Below are positions 40,001 through 51,910 of a stretch of 64,000 bases of DNA, in pieces. The stretch is from Dipteris shenzhenensis. Taxonomy: Eukaryota. Numbering within the stretch: the stretch's first letter is position 1; the number at the start of each line of letters is the position of its first letter. The stretch lies in NCBI GenBank assembly GCA_047967505.1, contig CM106538.1. One strand, 5' to 3'. A program made the position numbers and the translations under genes. Below the pieces are notes generated by a model. The model ran no database searches and was not told the DNA's origin. It saw nothing but the letters and a program-made list of their open reading frames with translations.

Positions 40001-41744
40001 CATATGCTTAGAAAGGCAAAGCAATTCAGGTTGAAACCACCAACTATGCTCTTATGACTACCATCATGGCTACAGAAGAGCCAGTGTACTTCGAAGATGC
40101 AGTAGACAAGCCAGAATGGCAAACTACTATGAATGAAGAAATGGATGCTTTGTACAAGAATAATATGGATACTTGGGAATTATGTGACCTTCCACCAAGA
40201 AAGAAGGCCATAGCAAACAAATGGGTATACAAAGTGAAGTACAATCCAAATGGAAGCATTCAAAGATACAAAGCCAGACTAGTTGCGAAAGGATTTGCAT
40301 AGCAATATGGTCAAGATTATGATGAGACTTATGCTCCAATAGTAGCAAAGATGGATTCCATACCGTTCTTAATATAACTAGCAACACTCAACAGATGGAA
40401 TCTGTATTAGCTTGATGTCAAAAATGCATTTCTTGATTGTTATCTAGACGAGGAAGTCTACATGCAACAACCAGCAGGTTATGTTGAACTAGGAAAGGAG
40501 AATCACGTTTGCCATCTTATGAAAAGTCTCTACAGCTTAAAACAAGCACCCAAAAGTTGGTACAACAAAATCAATAAGTATTTTACTGATTTGAGATACA
40601 TGAAATCCAATGCAGACCATACTCTCTACTACAAAGTTCAAGGGGAAGACAATATTATTGCACTTTTGTACATAGATGATTTAATTATGACCGAAAGTAA
40701 GGATAGAGCTTCATCATAAAGCTAAAATAAGACTTATCTACAGAGTTCAACATGAAAGATCTTGGACTTATGCATTATTGTCTTGGTATTGAGTTTTGTA
40801 GAGATTCAGACAGCACCTTTATGAGTCAGCTCAAGTATGTTGACAGTCTCCTGAAGAAGTTTCATATGGCAGATTGCAAGGTTGCAGCCACTCCCATGCA
40901 ATAGAGTTTGAAACTTACTAAAGACTCAGAAAAGCCTATAGTCAATGATAGGTACTACAAGTAGCTCATCGGATCTCTTATATATTTGACTATTGCATGG
41001 CCATATATTTGTTATGAAGTAAGTTCAGTTGCACAGTTTATGGCAAATCCAAAGCAGTATCACTGAAATGTAGCCAAAAGAGTCTTGAGATACATCAGAG
41101 GTACATGATAGTTTGGGATAGAATACAGAGGAAGTCATCCACAGTTGCATGGATACTATGACAGTGACTATGCTAGAGATCATGAGACCAAGAGATCGAC
41201 ACAGAGATATGCATTTTTCCTTGATCAAGGTGCTATATTATGGTTGTCAAACAAACAACCAACTACTTCCTTGTCTTTGACTAAAGTAGAATATAGGGCT
41301 CTCACTGCAAGTGCATGTGAGGCTATATGGCTTAGAAGACTATTGTCAAATAAAGATTACTTTGATGAATCAAAGCCAACAACAATATACTGTGATAATT
41401 AATTGGCTCAAACATTGGCCAAGAATCTAGTATATCACTCCAGGACAAAGCACATTGATGTCAGAGAGCACTTCATTAGAGAAAGAGTGTTACTTGGTGA
41501 CATCACACTGCAACATTGTGAGTAGCAAAGAGAATGTTGCAGACATCTTTAGCAAACGACTCGGTAAAGAGCTTTTCAAGAAACACCAACAAGCTCTTGG
41601 TTTGATGAAGAGGAAGGACATTCCCATTAAAGGAGTGTGATGGAATGTAATGTTCAGTCCTTCTTCAATTCCCCAGAATCATCATCTTGAGGGAAGGCCG
41701 ACTTCATGATGTTGATCTTGAGGGAAGGTGTTGAGAGATCACGC
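37016..41744 (+). mobile_element. Ty1/copia LTR retrotransposon, degraded; 3' LTR truncated after ~16 bp
   Basis: 5' LTR ends ..gtca (37241), followed by the Met PBS TGGTATCAGAGC (37242-37253). Then knuckle CNYYHKFGHYERDC, protease WYIDCGASSHMT, WHKRYGH, integrase (HLRIFGCIAYAHV), RT (YKARLVAKGF, LLYIDDL) and RNaseH (GYYDSDYA..ENVADIFSK). PPT gagggaagg, then TGTTGAGAGATCACGC matching gagagatcatgc at 37016. Confidence 0.95.
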
Positions 41745-42905
41745 CTCTTTCGTCTTCCTGAGCATCCTCCTACACTCATGGCTTCCCCTAGAGAGGCTTT
41801 TGACCAGTGGATTTCATCCACTGATTCCTATTTCTCTGCAAATCAAGTTTATCCTATCTTCTGCAAGGCATTCCATCTTGAGTCTCACTTGAGAACTTTG
41901 CTTCCCTCTCTTCAATTTTTTGATAGACCTATCCATGGCAAGCTGTCGTGATTGCTAACTCCCCTCACCAATGGGTTTCATTGGATATTTTGAGCTCTTT
42001 TGATCAGAGTACTAACTTCAAGAAGACACTAGGTAGGGCCATGGATAATGTCCCTATCTCTCTCTGTGAGTATGCTATTCCCATCGGGGATGATTCATCT
42101 TCCCCAATTAATTTGATCGAGAGAGATGCAGCCCTTACCATTCTCCTTGCAACTAGCAAGTTTGATGAGGATGTTGGTGAGCCAGAGGGTCCTTCTACAT
42201 CCACAAGTGGTGGAGCAAGTCCATCAACAAGTGGTGGAGGAGATGACATAAACCTAGACAGGACCTAGACCTAGAGCTTGAGGGGCATACTCTTAACCTA
42301 GCTAAGAGCAAGTTGAAAGCGAGGTCATCTTATCATTATATCCGATTCGTACATATCCATCCTCCCTATAATCTAGATGAGGCAGCAACCAAGCCACACC
42401 TCACTTCGGTTGATCCAATCAGGATTGAAGATGAGGAATACCTTACCCTATTGGAAGTGATGGAAGAAGCTAGTCTCCGAGAGGATGAGGTGCTATGTTG
42501 GCTCTCGAATGACACCTTTGATGATGTCATTGACTTTGATGCTCCAGTCAATCTAGCAATCGATGAGATTGCATGCTTTGATGACTCGAGCCTCACCGAT
42601 CTAGAGGCAATCCAATGAACATAGAAGGCAATCGAGGATGCCGCACCAGAGTACGACATGTCCGATGAGGAGTTCATGAATTTACAGAGGGAATTGTTTG
42701 GGGAGAGAGATGAAGAAGCTGGCACCTCAAGCCAGCATGTAGGTCAAGACCAACCACAAAAGGGAGTCTAGTTGGATATTGTAGCTGACGCAATCCGCGA
42801 TGAGGCAAAAAAGGTATGTAGCTTTGCTAGCTTCATCATGTGATTCAAAATCATTAGTATGATTCTAGGTTCCATTTTAGCAACAACAAAAATCATTGTT
42901 TTGTC

Positions 42906-43201
42906 TTCAACTGGTAGGGAATAAAAAATAGGGTTTATGGTACAAACCCCAACGAATTTTTTGGACTTTCAACCCAGGTTATGCTGCATGCATACCAGGC
43001 ATGTACATGGATTTTCATCCCAAAATATGCCCTGGAAGCATGATAAGAGCAGTCACACAATGTCAGATATCATGCTTCCAGGGCATATTTTGGGCTGAAA
43101 ATCCATGTATATGCCTAGTATGCATGCAGGATAGCCTGGGTTTGAAATCAAAAAAATTGGTTGGTGTACCCTACATTATATTTTTTATTCCTACGCTTGA
43201 A
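42906..43201. repeat. long foldback hairpin (~140-bp arms, ~22-nt loop), MITE-like
   Basis: ..catggattttcatcccaaaatatgccctggaagcatgata / tatcatgcttccagggcatattttgggctgaaaatccatg.., with pairing extending to ttcaa/ttgaa. Confidence 0.9.
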
Positions 43202-43354
43202 ATTGAATAAATTTGACTCTCCATTCCCACAACCCCCTCCAACTTGCCCTTGCTACTACTCCATTTGTGGAAAAAATTAAGGTTATCGTTTTCTGACATA
43301 GGGAAAATATCAGGTTTATGGTTTTTATTCATCCCATAGGGAATACAATTAGTT

Positions 43355-43703
43355 TTAGGGTTTTTTCACATAAGAAAAATAATCTATTAAAACAATCATT
43401 TATGTGAGGCCAATGAGACATAAGGAACCATGTGCATGATTTTTATGCAAAAAAACACCCTGCAAACCCTAAATTTGACATCGTACGTTTCTGTAGAAAC
43501 AGGGCTCTGGTCGCGCGATGTCGGATTTAGGGTTTGCATGAGGGTTTAATCATGCACATGGTTCCTTATGTCTCACTAGCCTCCCATAAATGATGCAGGG
43601 TTTTTTTTTGCATAAAAATCATGCACATGGTTCCTTATGTCTCATTGACCTGCCATAAATGATTGTTTTAACAGATTAATTTTCTTATGTGAGAAAATCC
43701 TAA
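43355..43703. repeat. second long foldback with a partly duplicated right arm, MITE-like
   Basis: cacataagaaaa..tgagacataaggaaccatgtgcatgatt..tgcaaaccctaaat versus atttagggtttgca..aatcatgcacatggttccttatgtctca (present twice)..ttttcttatgtg. Confidence 0.85.
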
Positions 43704-45512
43704 TTCTTATTAATTCTTGAAAAATGATGTTTTCTTAATTTATATCATCTTCGGGTTTTGATGGATATGTTGGTTATAGGATATCTTATGGGTTGATGAA
43801 TATGCTAGATGCAAGGGTGGAACCAGAGGGTCTTCTAGTGGGGATTCGGATGGCTTCGATTGGCCACTACATCAATAGAGTGGCTCAACACATTTTGGTC
43901 TTCCATCGACAATTATTGTTGGATGGAATGCTCAATATCATGAAGGTCAAGGTCCTAAGTTAGATGGTGAAGATGAGGCCCATCCATCCTACTACGGATC
44001 ACATTGTTTTGTTTAGGCATAGTGTAGCTTTATTTTTGTTCTCGGACACACGATCCACTCCTCTCCATAGTATCATAACTATTGCAGGGCTAGCTGGCGT
44101 TACAGATCCCCAAGCTATAGAGAATGAAATTGTGCAACCCTCTCTGCTTTAACAAGCAAAAAAGGGATCTAAACCAAGCAAGAAGAAGGGCAGACTAGAG
44201 TAGCTTGTGTGTTAAAGTGGGTACTCTTTGTAATACTACTCTATGTCAATAAAGAATTCCATTTTCAAATTATTTTCTCTTCCTGCTTTGGGACATTAAT
44301 TCCTTTTCCATGTTAAGTAAAATTGAGTATTATTTCCTTGTGAATGTTTCATTGAGATTTGATGTTATTATTTCATTTTGCATGTAAGTAAATTGAGATT
44401 GCATGTAAGTAAATTAATATACTGCAAATACAATGAAAATAGATTTTAGATTGGACATACAAAAACAATTCAAATTATATTGAAAAGAGGCTGATACAAG
44501 ACTGATGCCCGTCGGTAGAGTACATGAACTCTAACTACTATTGCCCAAGGCAGAGCATACAACATCCCTAAGTGCCCTTGGGCTTCCTAAGATGGACAAT
44601 AAACTGCATGTCTTTGGTTGGTCACAGTGACCCTTTTCCTATGGATGGCAGCCAGTTGGGTGTCATCCATGAGGTCTACTAGGTAGGCCTCAACTTCATG
44701 CTACATGGCAAGCAAGGCGTCTCTAGAAATACACCATGGATCCTCCACAACTCCATGCATGTAATACCGGGACATTGGGGTATTGTTGAGGCCTTGCATG
44801 ACCTCACGTACCACCCTTGCAAAGCTCGCTATCCTGGATTTGGAGGGCCTCTTTGCCCTAGACCTGGAGTTGGGTGTCCTCTCCCCTGTAGGCGTGGGCG
44901 TGGATTCTCTCCTCTTGACTTAGTCCTCTGATCTGTCCTTTGCTGTTGCTCTTCCTCATGCTCCTTCTCTGTGCTCTCTGAATCATCGACATCTACATCA
45001 TGATGCCTTCCTTTGTCCCTCTATCTGTGGCCCTTGCTCCCTCCTTTATCCCTCTATTTGTGGCCCTTGCTCCCTCTCTAGAATGGTAGTTTCTCCCTTC
45101 AACAAGGATCATCGGGGGGAGAGGGGGGGGGGGCTATCATTCTCTGTCTCTGAGTCTGGAGGCGGGTCTTACTGTGCCAGTCTCTATGGTGCCTTGATCT
45201 TGGGCCTGGCCATGGGGGATGGAGAGAGTGTACAAGAGAAAGGGTGGAAAGGTCAGGGGCAAGTGGGAGGTGGTGTGGGAGTGGAGAGCTCTTTAAATAA
45301 TGAAATGAAAATGAGGGCCCATTCTTTTATATAGGGCCCAAAGCCCTAATTTTTTAAAATACTTGTTTTTAATTAAAACTCTAAAAAAAGTAAAATTGGT
45401 GCAACCTTGAGTTAAATACTTATCCTTAACATCCAATAACTCAAAGTTTCTCATTTGTATTGCAACTCATGGCCATTATATGTTGGCTTTACTATAAATC
45501 ACATAACTAAAA

Positions 45513-48500
45513 TTACAAAGAAATTCTAAAACTTATGCATGGGCATCCACATTGGAAGAAAGAGTCTACACCATCATTTTCATCTGTCTCCACCCATATG
45601 CGCCCTTGTCTATGATGGGTTGCACGGCACCTTGCATGATTTTGTCTTGCATTTGATGAGTTGTATATTCTTCTTCGACATTTCATGTTAACATCTTGCA
45701 CCGCATGGGACACTAAGGACTCTTTGAATGCTAGTGTTGTAGATGCTCTTATTTTGATACGCCTGTACCACCATTGAACCAATTGAACCATTGGGCTTGA
45801 CTTAGTTCTACCACCCCCATGTTGGGTCACTTTATTATATGCACAATGTACTTGCCAATGTGATCTTTCCATGCCCTGAGTGGACCACACTCCGATGCTT
45901 CTGGACATAATTCCATGCCATGTATGGTGCATGAGCATATAAAATGTGCTGCCAAATAGAAAAACAAATTAGTAAATATAGGACCATTCAATATGCACAT
46001 CTCAATGTCCAAGTTAGATGTTACCATGTACTATGTGAAATGATTCTTTCCCCAAGATATCTCCATACTCCAGCTAAAGTCATTCACAGCATTGATGAAA
46101 CACTGTGCATCATCATCTTCGAATCTTTTCTTTTGTAGTAGTAAAGGTACCAAGCTATCAAGAGCTAACCACACTCGCGCCTTTTCCAATCTTTTTTGTC
46201 CCTTCCCCCCTCATTCACAATAGGCATTGTGTAACTTTCTCCATGCATCAAACTCATTAGCATGTTTGAGCTTGTCATTCTTCTTCTTTGCAGAAAGGAA
46301 TTTTAAAGCCTACCAAAGCTTGGCTTACAAGGAAAATTGCCTATTTTTCTAGATCTTTTCTCATCTTTTGTAATCTTTACTTGCACAGAGTGTAGTCCCA
46401 TATTTGAAAGAACCTTTTCAATTCTTGCAATCATCCTCTCACTCTCTTGTTGGGCCTTCAAGTTATATGCATCAATGATGTATAGATGCACCAACTTTTC
46501 AATTATTCTCGCAATAGCCCTGGGGCGCCAACTCCCTTTAGTAAGAATACCTATCAATATCTTGAGTATGAGATGAATTTAACAATATGCCATGAGTATA
46601 GATTAGTTAAATTAGCATGATTGTGTTCTACACTAAAAGAGCTTTAAATTTATTTTTACACCTTGAAATTTAGGTAGCACATGAAAAAGCTACATTAATT
46701 GGAAAGGATATGGATTTTCATATTTTAGTGTATTTTTTGTTTTACCCCCCCCCCATCCAAAAGACCCCCCCTTTGAGCCTCACATATTATGAAAAATATG
46801 TACAAAGATTAAAATCTTGCATATTTTTAAAGATATATACCTTATATTTTGTGGGAGGGGGGACATGAGATTTTCATATTTTCCGTTGCATATTTGAAAT
46901 GTTTTTAGGAAAAATCCATGCATATTCTATATGGACCTTGTCCCCTCATACCCTAGATTTTGGATGAGGGTAGTAACATATTACATATTGAGTTGATGCC
47001 CGAGGACAATAGCATGAAGCACACAAATGTGTACTCGCTCAAGAGGAATTTCAAGAATTGGGCTCCATGATGGATCTTTCCTTGGAGCATCCCTATTCGG
47101 TGCCTTAGTTTGATCTATCTCTGCAAGTTCAGAGGCCCATTGCTTTTGATTCTTTTTACCACCCTTTGCATGCACAGTGGACAAGGATGCCTTGTATTTG
47201 CTCCATGTGCCACATTAAACATACATTTAATAGTCTTGAGGTTAGTAGCTAGATGCCATTGTACACGGTAGGATCCATAGCCCTTAACTTCAAGTAGCTC
47301 ATGATTGTTATGACCTTTGATCACACTTGGGATATCGGTGTGGTAAAAAAACCACTTCAAAATTGAATGTGACTCTTTCGCACTTGCAAAAAACACTCAC
47401 ATGTCATTTCAAAATATTCTAAGTCTTTTTACATTACTGCATTAAAATTCAAATTTCCATCATACCTCAAAGGATCCCAACCACCAAATCTCCTATTCAG
47501 ATTGCACACTGAATTGTCTTACATCATCAAGCTCAACTTCAAGGTCCAGTATTCTATTCATTATTATCAAACTGAATCTTTCTAATTTTTGACCTTTGAC
47601 CACCTCACTTTCATCAAGCTTTAGTACAATCTTCAAAGTACCATTGCATTCATCCATAGGCATATCATAAAACTTCACCATGGCTTGCATAACTCTTCGA
47701 ACATCCATCACAAAGTTATTGTTGACTATCAATTCCAATTCTTTAGACTCTCCAGCCTTTGTTTTCAATGTTAGTGTACTACATACATGCTAGGGCTCAC
47801 CGACTAAATCAAGTACACCCAAATTGGGTGCATGCCTGGCCTTATCAACATCAGTCAGTTTAGGAAGCCGGGCTTTAACTTTTATCCCACAGAAAGACGT
47901 GTTGTTTTTAAGCTCTTAAATATGAGCTGATATGCCTTTGTACTTATCCTTGCAATATCACAAACTCCGTGTGTACTAGTTGCATTGAAATGCTCCACAA
48001 CTTTGCTCATTGACTCAGATGTTATCTCTAATTTTAGACTTTTAAATTTTGGATGTTGTATAACAAATTCCAACATTTTTTTCATGAACACTTCACCCAT
48101 AGCACCATAGTGTTCATCATGGATAGACATGAGTTTTGAAACACTCCTACAGGCTCTCACTCGACGCTTCCAGTGACCATTTCTCTTGGATATTTCATCC
48201 ATTGGATGCAATTTCCTCTTAGGTAGTCTTGGACCCATTGGAGTATCCTTCATGAATGATAATGTTTTTTCTAAATTTTTGATCTCATCCTTCAGAGATG
48301 TGATTTGCATCTATAAGTGAATTGCATTTATAGTGCTCTCTTCCAATTGAGCATCTAATGTTTGAACCTTTACCTGTAATTCCTGATTTTTCTTCTCTAT
48401 GCCATCATATGCAGACATTTGAACACTTATAGTTTGCATAGATGATACCAAATATTGATTCCAAGCCTCCAACCTTACGATCCTTTTGTATCTTTCATTA

Positions 48501-49760
48501 AGCAAAGATTGATAATGGCTGTGAAGGCTACTTGCTCCATGACCAATCAGCCTTTGACAATATCCTAACAAACCATTCTCACCCTTACATAGAAACTTTA
48601 TTAAGCTCGTCAATCCATGGAATTGAGGAGTCTGACAAGTTTGTGGATCTATTGGATATATTTTCCCTTCTGACCACAAATCCATATGTGTTTTTCCTTA
48701 ATTTCGAAGAGCTACTAAATCACTTTCACTTGCTAAGGAGGATTCATTACTCTTTAAAAATGGTACATTCTCTCCATCAATTTGAAAATGGATATCCACC
48801 TTTTTTTAAATTTCGAGGGGCTTGCATGATTGCATTAAAAATCTAATGATTGAAATCTACAAATTCAAAAAAACATTTACTTATCATCAAACACTATTAA
48901 ACTATGTGAATCGACATTACCTCACGGGGATCTTTGAAGGAAAAACGTGGTCAAACTTGTCCTCCTCAATGGTCCCTCTTGTAATCCAGGATGTTGAAGT
49001 TGATGGATTTTTCTCCAAAACTAATTATATGCTTCCAAACAACTCCAAATCTATTTCAAGCCATCTTCTGTAAAAAACCTCAATAGTAAGAGTGTATCTT
49101 TTAAAACAAACAAATATTTCTTCCTCTTCAAATCATGTATTAAAAGAAAACAACACAATTACCAAAACAAACAACAAATTAACTAATTTTTCAAAGTTGC
49201 ATCATAAAATCTCGTTATTTTCATTGTCTTGCATTGTTCTAAAGGTTTTCTCCCTGAAATTCCATGCAAGTTTCTCTGATAGACCCTAATTTGAGTTGAA
49301 AACTAAAAACATTCTAAAACTACATGAATGAATAGTACCTGATTCTTGGACCAAGGTGCTTTGAAAAATGTGATCAAACTTGTCCCTCCCAGTGGTCCCA
49401 AATGTGTTCCAGGAATGATGAAGTTGATGGTTCTTGCTTCAAAACAAATTCTATGCTCCCAAACATCTCAAAATCTATTTCAAGCAATTTTATGTAGAAA
49501 ACTATTGATAGTAAGGGTGGAAAAGGCTCATTTCTCATGAAATTTCTTACAAAACAAACAAATCTTTCAATGTTTTCAAACCATGTAATAAAACAAAACA
49601 ACACAACTACACAAAATGAACTACGAACTAACTATTTCCTCAAAGTTACATCATTAACGAACAAATCTCGTCTCATAATCACTGTGTTGCGTTGTTCCAA
49701 AGATTATCTCACCTGAACCTCCATACAAGTTGTTTGGATGGACCCCAAACCTTCACAAAT
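45513..49760 (-). pseudogene. RAG1/Transib/Chapaev-like DDE transposase, intron-containing and inactivated
   Basis: Ordered motifs: LKIVLKLDES (D1, 47613-47615), WHLATNLKTIKCM..GANTRHPCPLC (D2 position reads N, plus CxxC), IPLERVHICVLHAIARIIEKL (after removing the MITE), and T*YM|HILYAHAPYM..SIGVWSTQGMERSH (Hx4H and E, 45867-45869). Introns at 46024-45949 (GT-AG) and from 47465. Confidence 0.75.
46519..47005. mobile_element. MITE copy 3, complete, with 8-bp TSD (hAT-type)
   Basis: TIRs cctggggcgccaactc / gagttgatgcccgagg. Flanks gcaatagc (46511-46518) and acaatagc (47006-47013). Removing the MITE and one TSD restores the transposase frame HAIARIIEK. Confidence 0.92.
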
Positions 49761-50621
49761 GGTTCAAAATCATGCACCCTTAGAGATTGTAGTAGGGAAA
49801 GTGACTAGTATTGAGAGATGGGCAAAAGAAAGATTGATTTCCATGCATTAGCAACTGCAATGTCTAAAAGTCAATCTTCTTTGATCCTTTCTCAAAGAAT
49901 CTCATCCAGTAGCTCCTTCTAAGCTCCAAATACCTTGCATCATTCATGGTTTGCTCAGGAACATTGATTGCCTTGTCTTCCTGAATGAAATGATTTTAGA
50001 TCGTGGGAGAATCTCAGATGAGAGAGGAAGTGGCAAGATTTGAAGGAGAAGCACCCAAAATAGAGAAGGAGAAGGTAGGTTGAATCTCATTCAAAAATCT
50101 TGAAAGTTTTGAAAGAATGAGAGTGAAATGGGAGGGAAATGCAGGTAGAGAAGAGAAGCAACGAGATTTTGGCGTGAGAGTCCATCCCATGAGAGGGAGA
50201 ATAGAGGAAGAAGCTTCTCGCTTAGGAGCTAGCAAGAAATTTGAAAAGAGGGCTAGAGCAAAGAAAAATTCGAAATGGTGCTAAAAAATGAGGGGGAAGG
50301 AAAAGGAATGAGAGAGAATGAAAGGAGAGTGGTAGTTGGATGGGAGGATTTGGTTTCAAGTAAAATGGTACAAGTTTGGTTGAGAAACTAGGTTTCTCAG
50401 TTTGGTTACAATTAAAAAACGTGATGGGAGAGTTGCGGTAGCAAGTGGGTGCTCCACATCATTGTTTGGGCCATTGAATGAAGAAATAGAGAAGTGAGGC
50501 CACTTCCAATATTCTATTGGGTTTTATTCACCTTATTCTTCCATGTCACGAGCCCAAGGGCTCCCTTATAGGGCCCTTTTTGAGTCCAAATTTTTTGTAA
50601 TGCCATATATTGTATGAAGCA

Positions 50622-51545
50622 AAGAACAATCGCTGATGTGGGGGCACATGAGTTTCTAGCCATTTGAATCCTTCTTCAAGACAAGACTGTTATAATCTCC
50701 CAAAAACCTACAAATCCTCAGAACCAAGTGATGCTCTAATGCTAAGTGTTGGAATTTGTAAGCATGTAATACTCTTAGATATTTCATGTGACAGTGAATC
50801 CCCACAACTCGAAGGAGTGACTGCATCATGAAATGATGAAGACAGGCGCATGAAATAAAAATTACAACTGTAACAATTTGAAAATATCAAGACTCATATA
50901 ATTGCTCAACTTGCAACACAGTATGAGATTCTAAATGACACTTTTATTGAAGAAAAGATGTGCGATTGACACAAACACCTCCTCCTCATGCCTACGGGCT
51001 TTCACATGACAGTGAATCCCCACAACTCGAAGGAGTGACTGCATCATGAAATGATGAAGACAGGCGCATGAAATAAAAATTACAACTATAACAATCTGAA
51101 AATATCAAGACTCATATAATTGCTCAACTTGCAACACAGTATGAGATTCTAAATGACACTTTTATTGAAGAAAAGATGTGCGATTGACACAAACACCTCC
51201 TCCTCATGCCTACGGGCTTTGTTGTAGGTTACAAGAAACATACATTAAAGACTCTTTGAAGGAATTCTACGAGTAGCTGCATCTTTATACAATTCTACCA
51301 AAATATGGACAAAGGTAGCATGGCTCTCATTCGAAGAGCTTGAACAAAGAGAGAGAGCCAGATGAATTGAGCCTGTAAATATAGATGTGCCAAACCACCA
51401 CGTAGAATTTTGCCATAGCCTGAGGAAACCGCCATACATGATTGGACCACCACATCATTTTATGTATGAACTCCAACCACGTGTGATTGCATGGTCAACC
51501 CCTTAGAGCTTCAACCAAAACCCTATGAAGATTATTCCAACAACA
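50622..51545. repeat. continuation of the 1.35-kb array, containing a near-perfect 218-bp tandem duplication (50783 and 51001)
   Basis: Aligns with 33009-33720. ttca..tgacagtgaatccccacaactcgaagg..cctacgggctt occurs twice. Confidence 0.9.
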
Positions 51546-51609
51546 TGCATACATACATCCATGCATGCATGCATACATCCATGCATGCATGCAGGCACAC
51601 ATGGACCAA

Positions 51610-51670
<61 letters not shown>

Positions 51671-51811
51671 ACACTTTTTTTTGTGTGGAATCTTTGAGTC
51701 ATTGTCTTACAAAAAAGAGCTATCCTATAAAGGGAGAGCTATAATACATTAAGAGAAAATCTCACTGTAGGGCAAATATACTTCCAAACAAAAAAGTCAT
51801 CACACACACAC

Positions 51812-51858
<47 letters not shown>

Positions 51859-51910
51859 TGCACGCACACATGCACGTACAAGCACACACACATGCACATG
51901 CACACACAAG
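51546..51910. repeat. (CATG)n, (CT)n and (CA)n microsatellites
   Basis: Directly visible simple repeats. Confidence 0.95.

Larger units (their letters stand above)
41745..44203 (+). pseudogene. acidic, multi-exon coding remnant of unknown function
   Basis: Frames 41706-41951, 41948-42268 and 42313-42618, a donor-like aag|gtatgt at ~42813, and a continuation at 43800-44200. The foldbacks lie in the intervening region. Confidence 0.4.
34604..50621. mobile_element. putative large DNA transposon bounded by ~50-bp TIRs, carrying a RAG1/Transib/Chapaev-like transposase, other spliced genes and nested insertions
   Basis: Left CACTTCAAAAACAAAAGACATTATAAAAAATTTGGACTCAAAAAGGGGCCC (34604-34654). Right, reverse-complemented, TGCTTCATACAATATATGGCATTACAAAAAATTTGGACTCAAAAAGGGCCC (50571-50621). 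Similarity stops inward. The host tandem array resumes in register just after the right end. Confidence 0.65.

Noticed and set aside
47173-47179. Perfect RSS heptamer CACAGTG inside the transposase
   Set aside because: It lies within the CPLC codons with no correctly spaced nonamer, so a chance 7-mer is likely.
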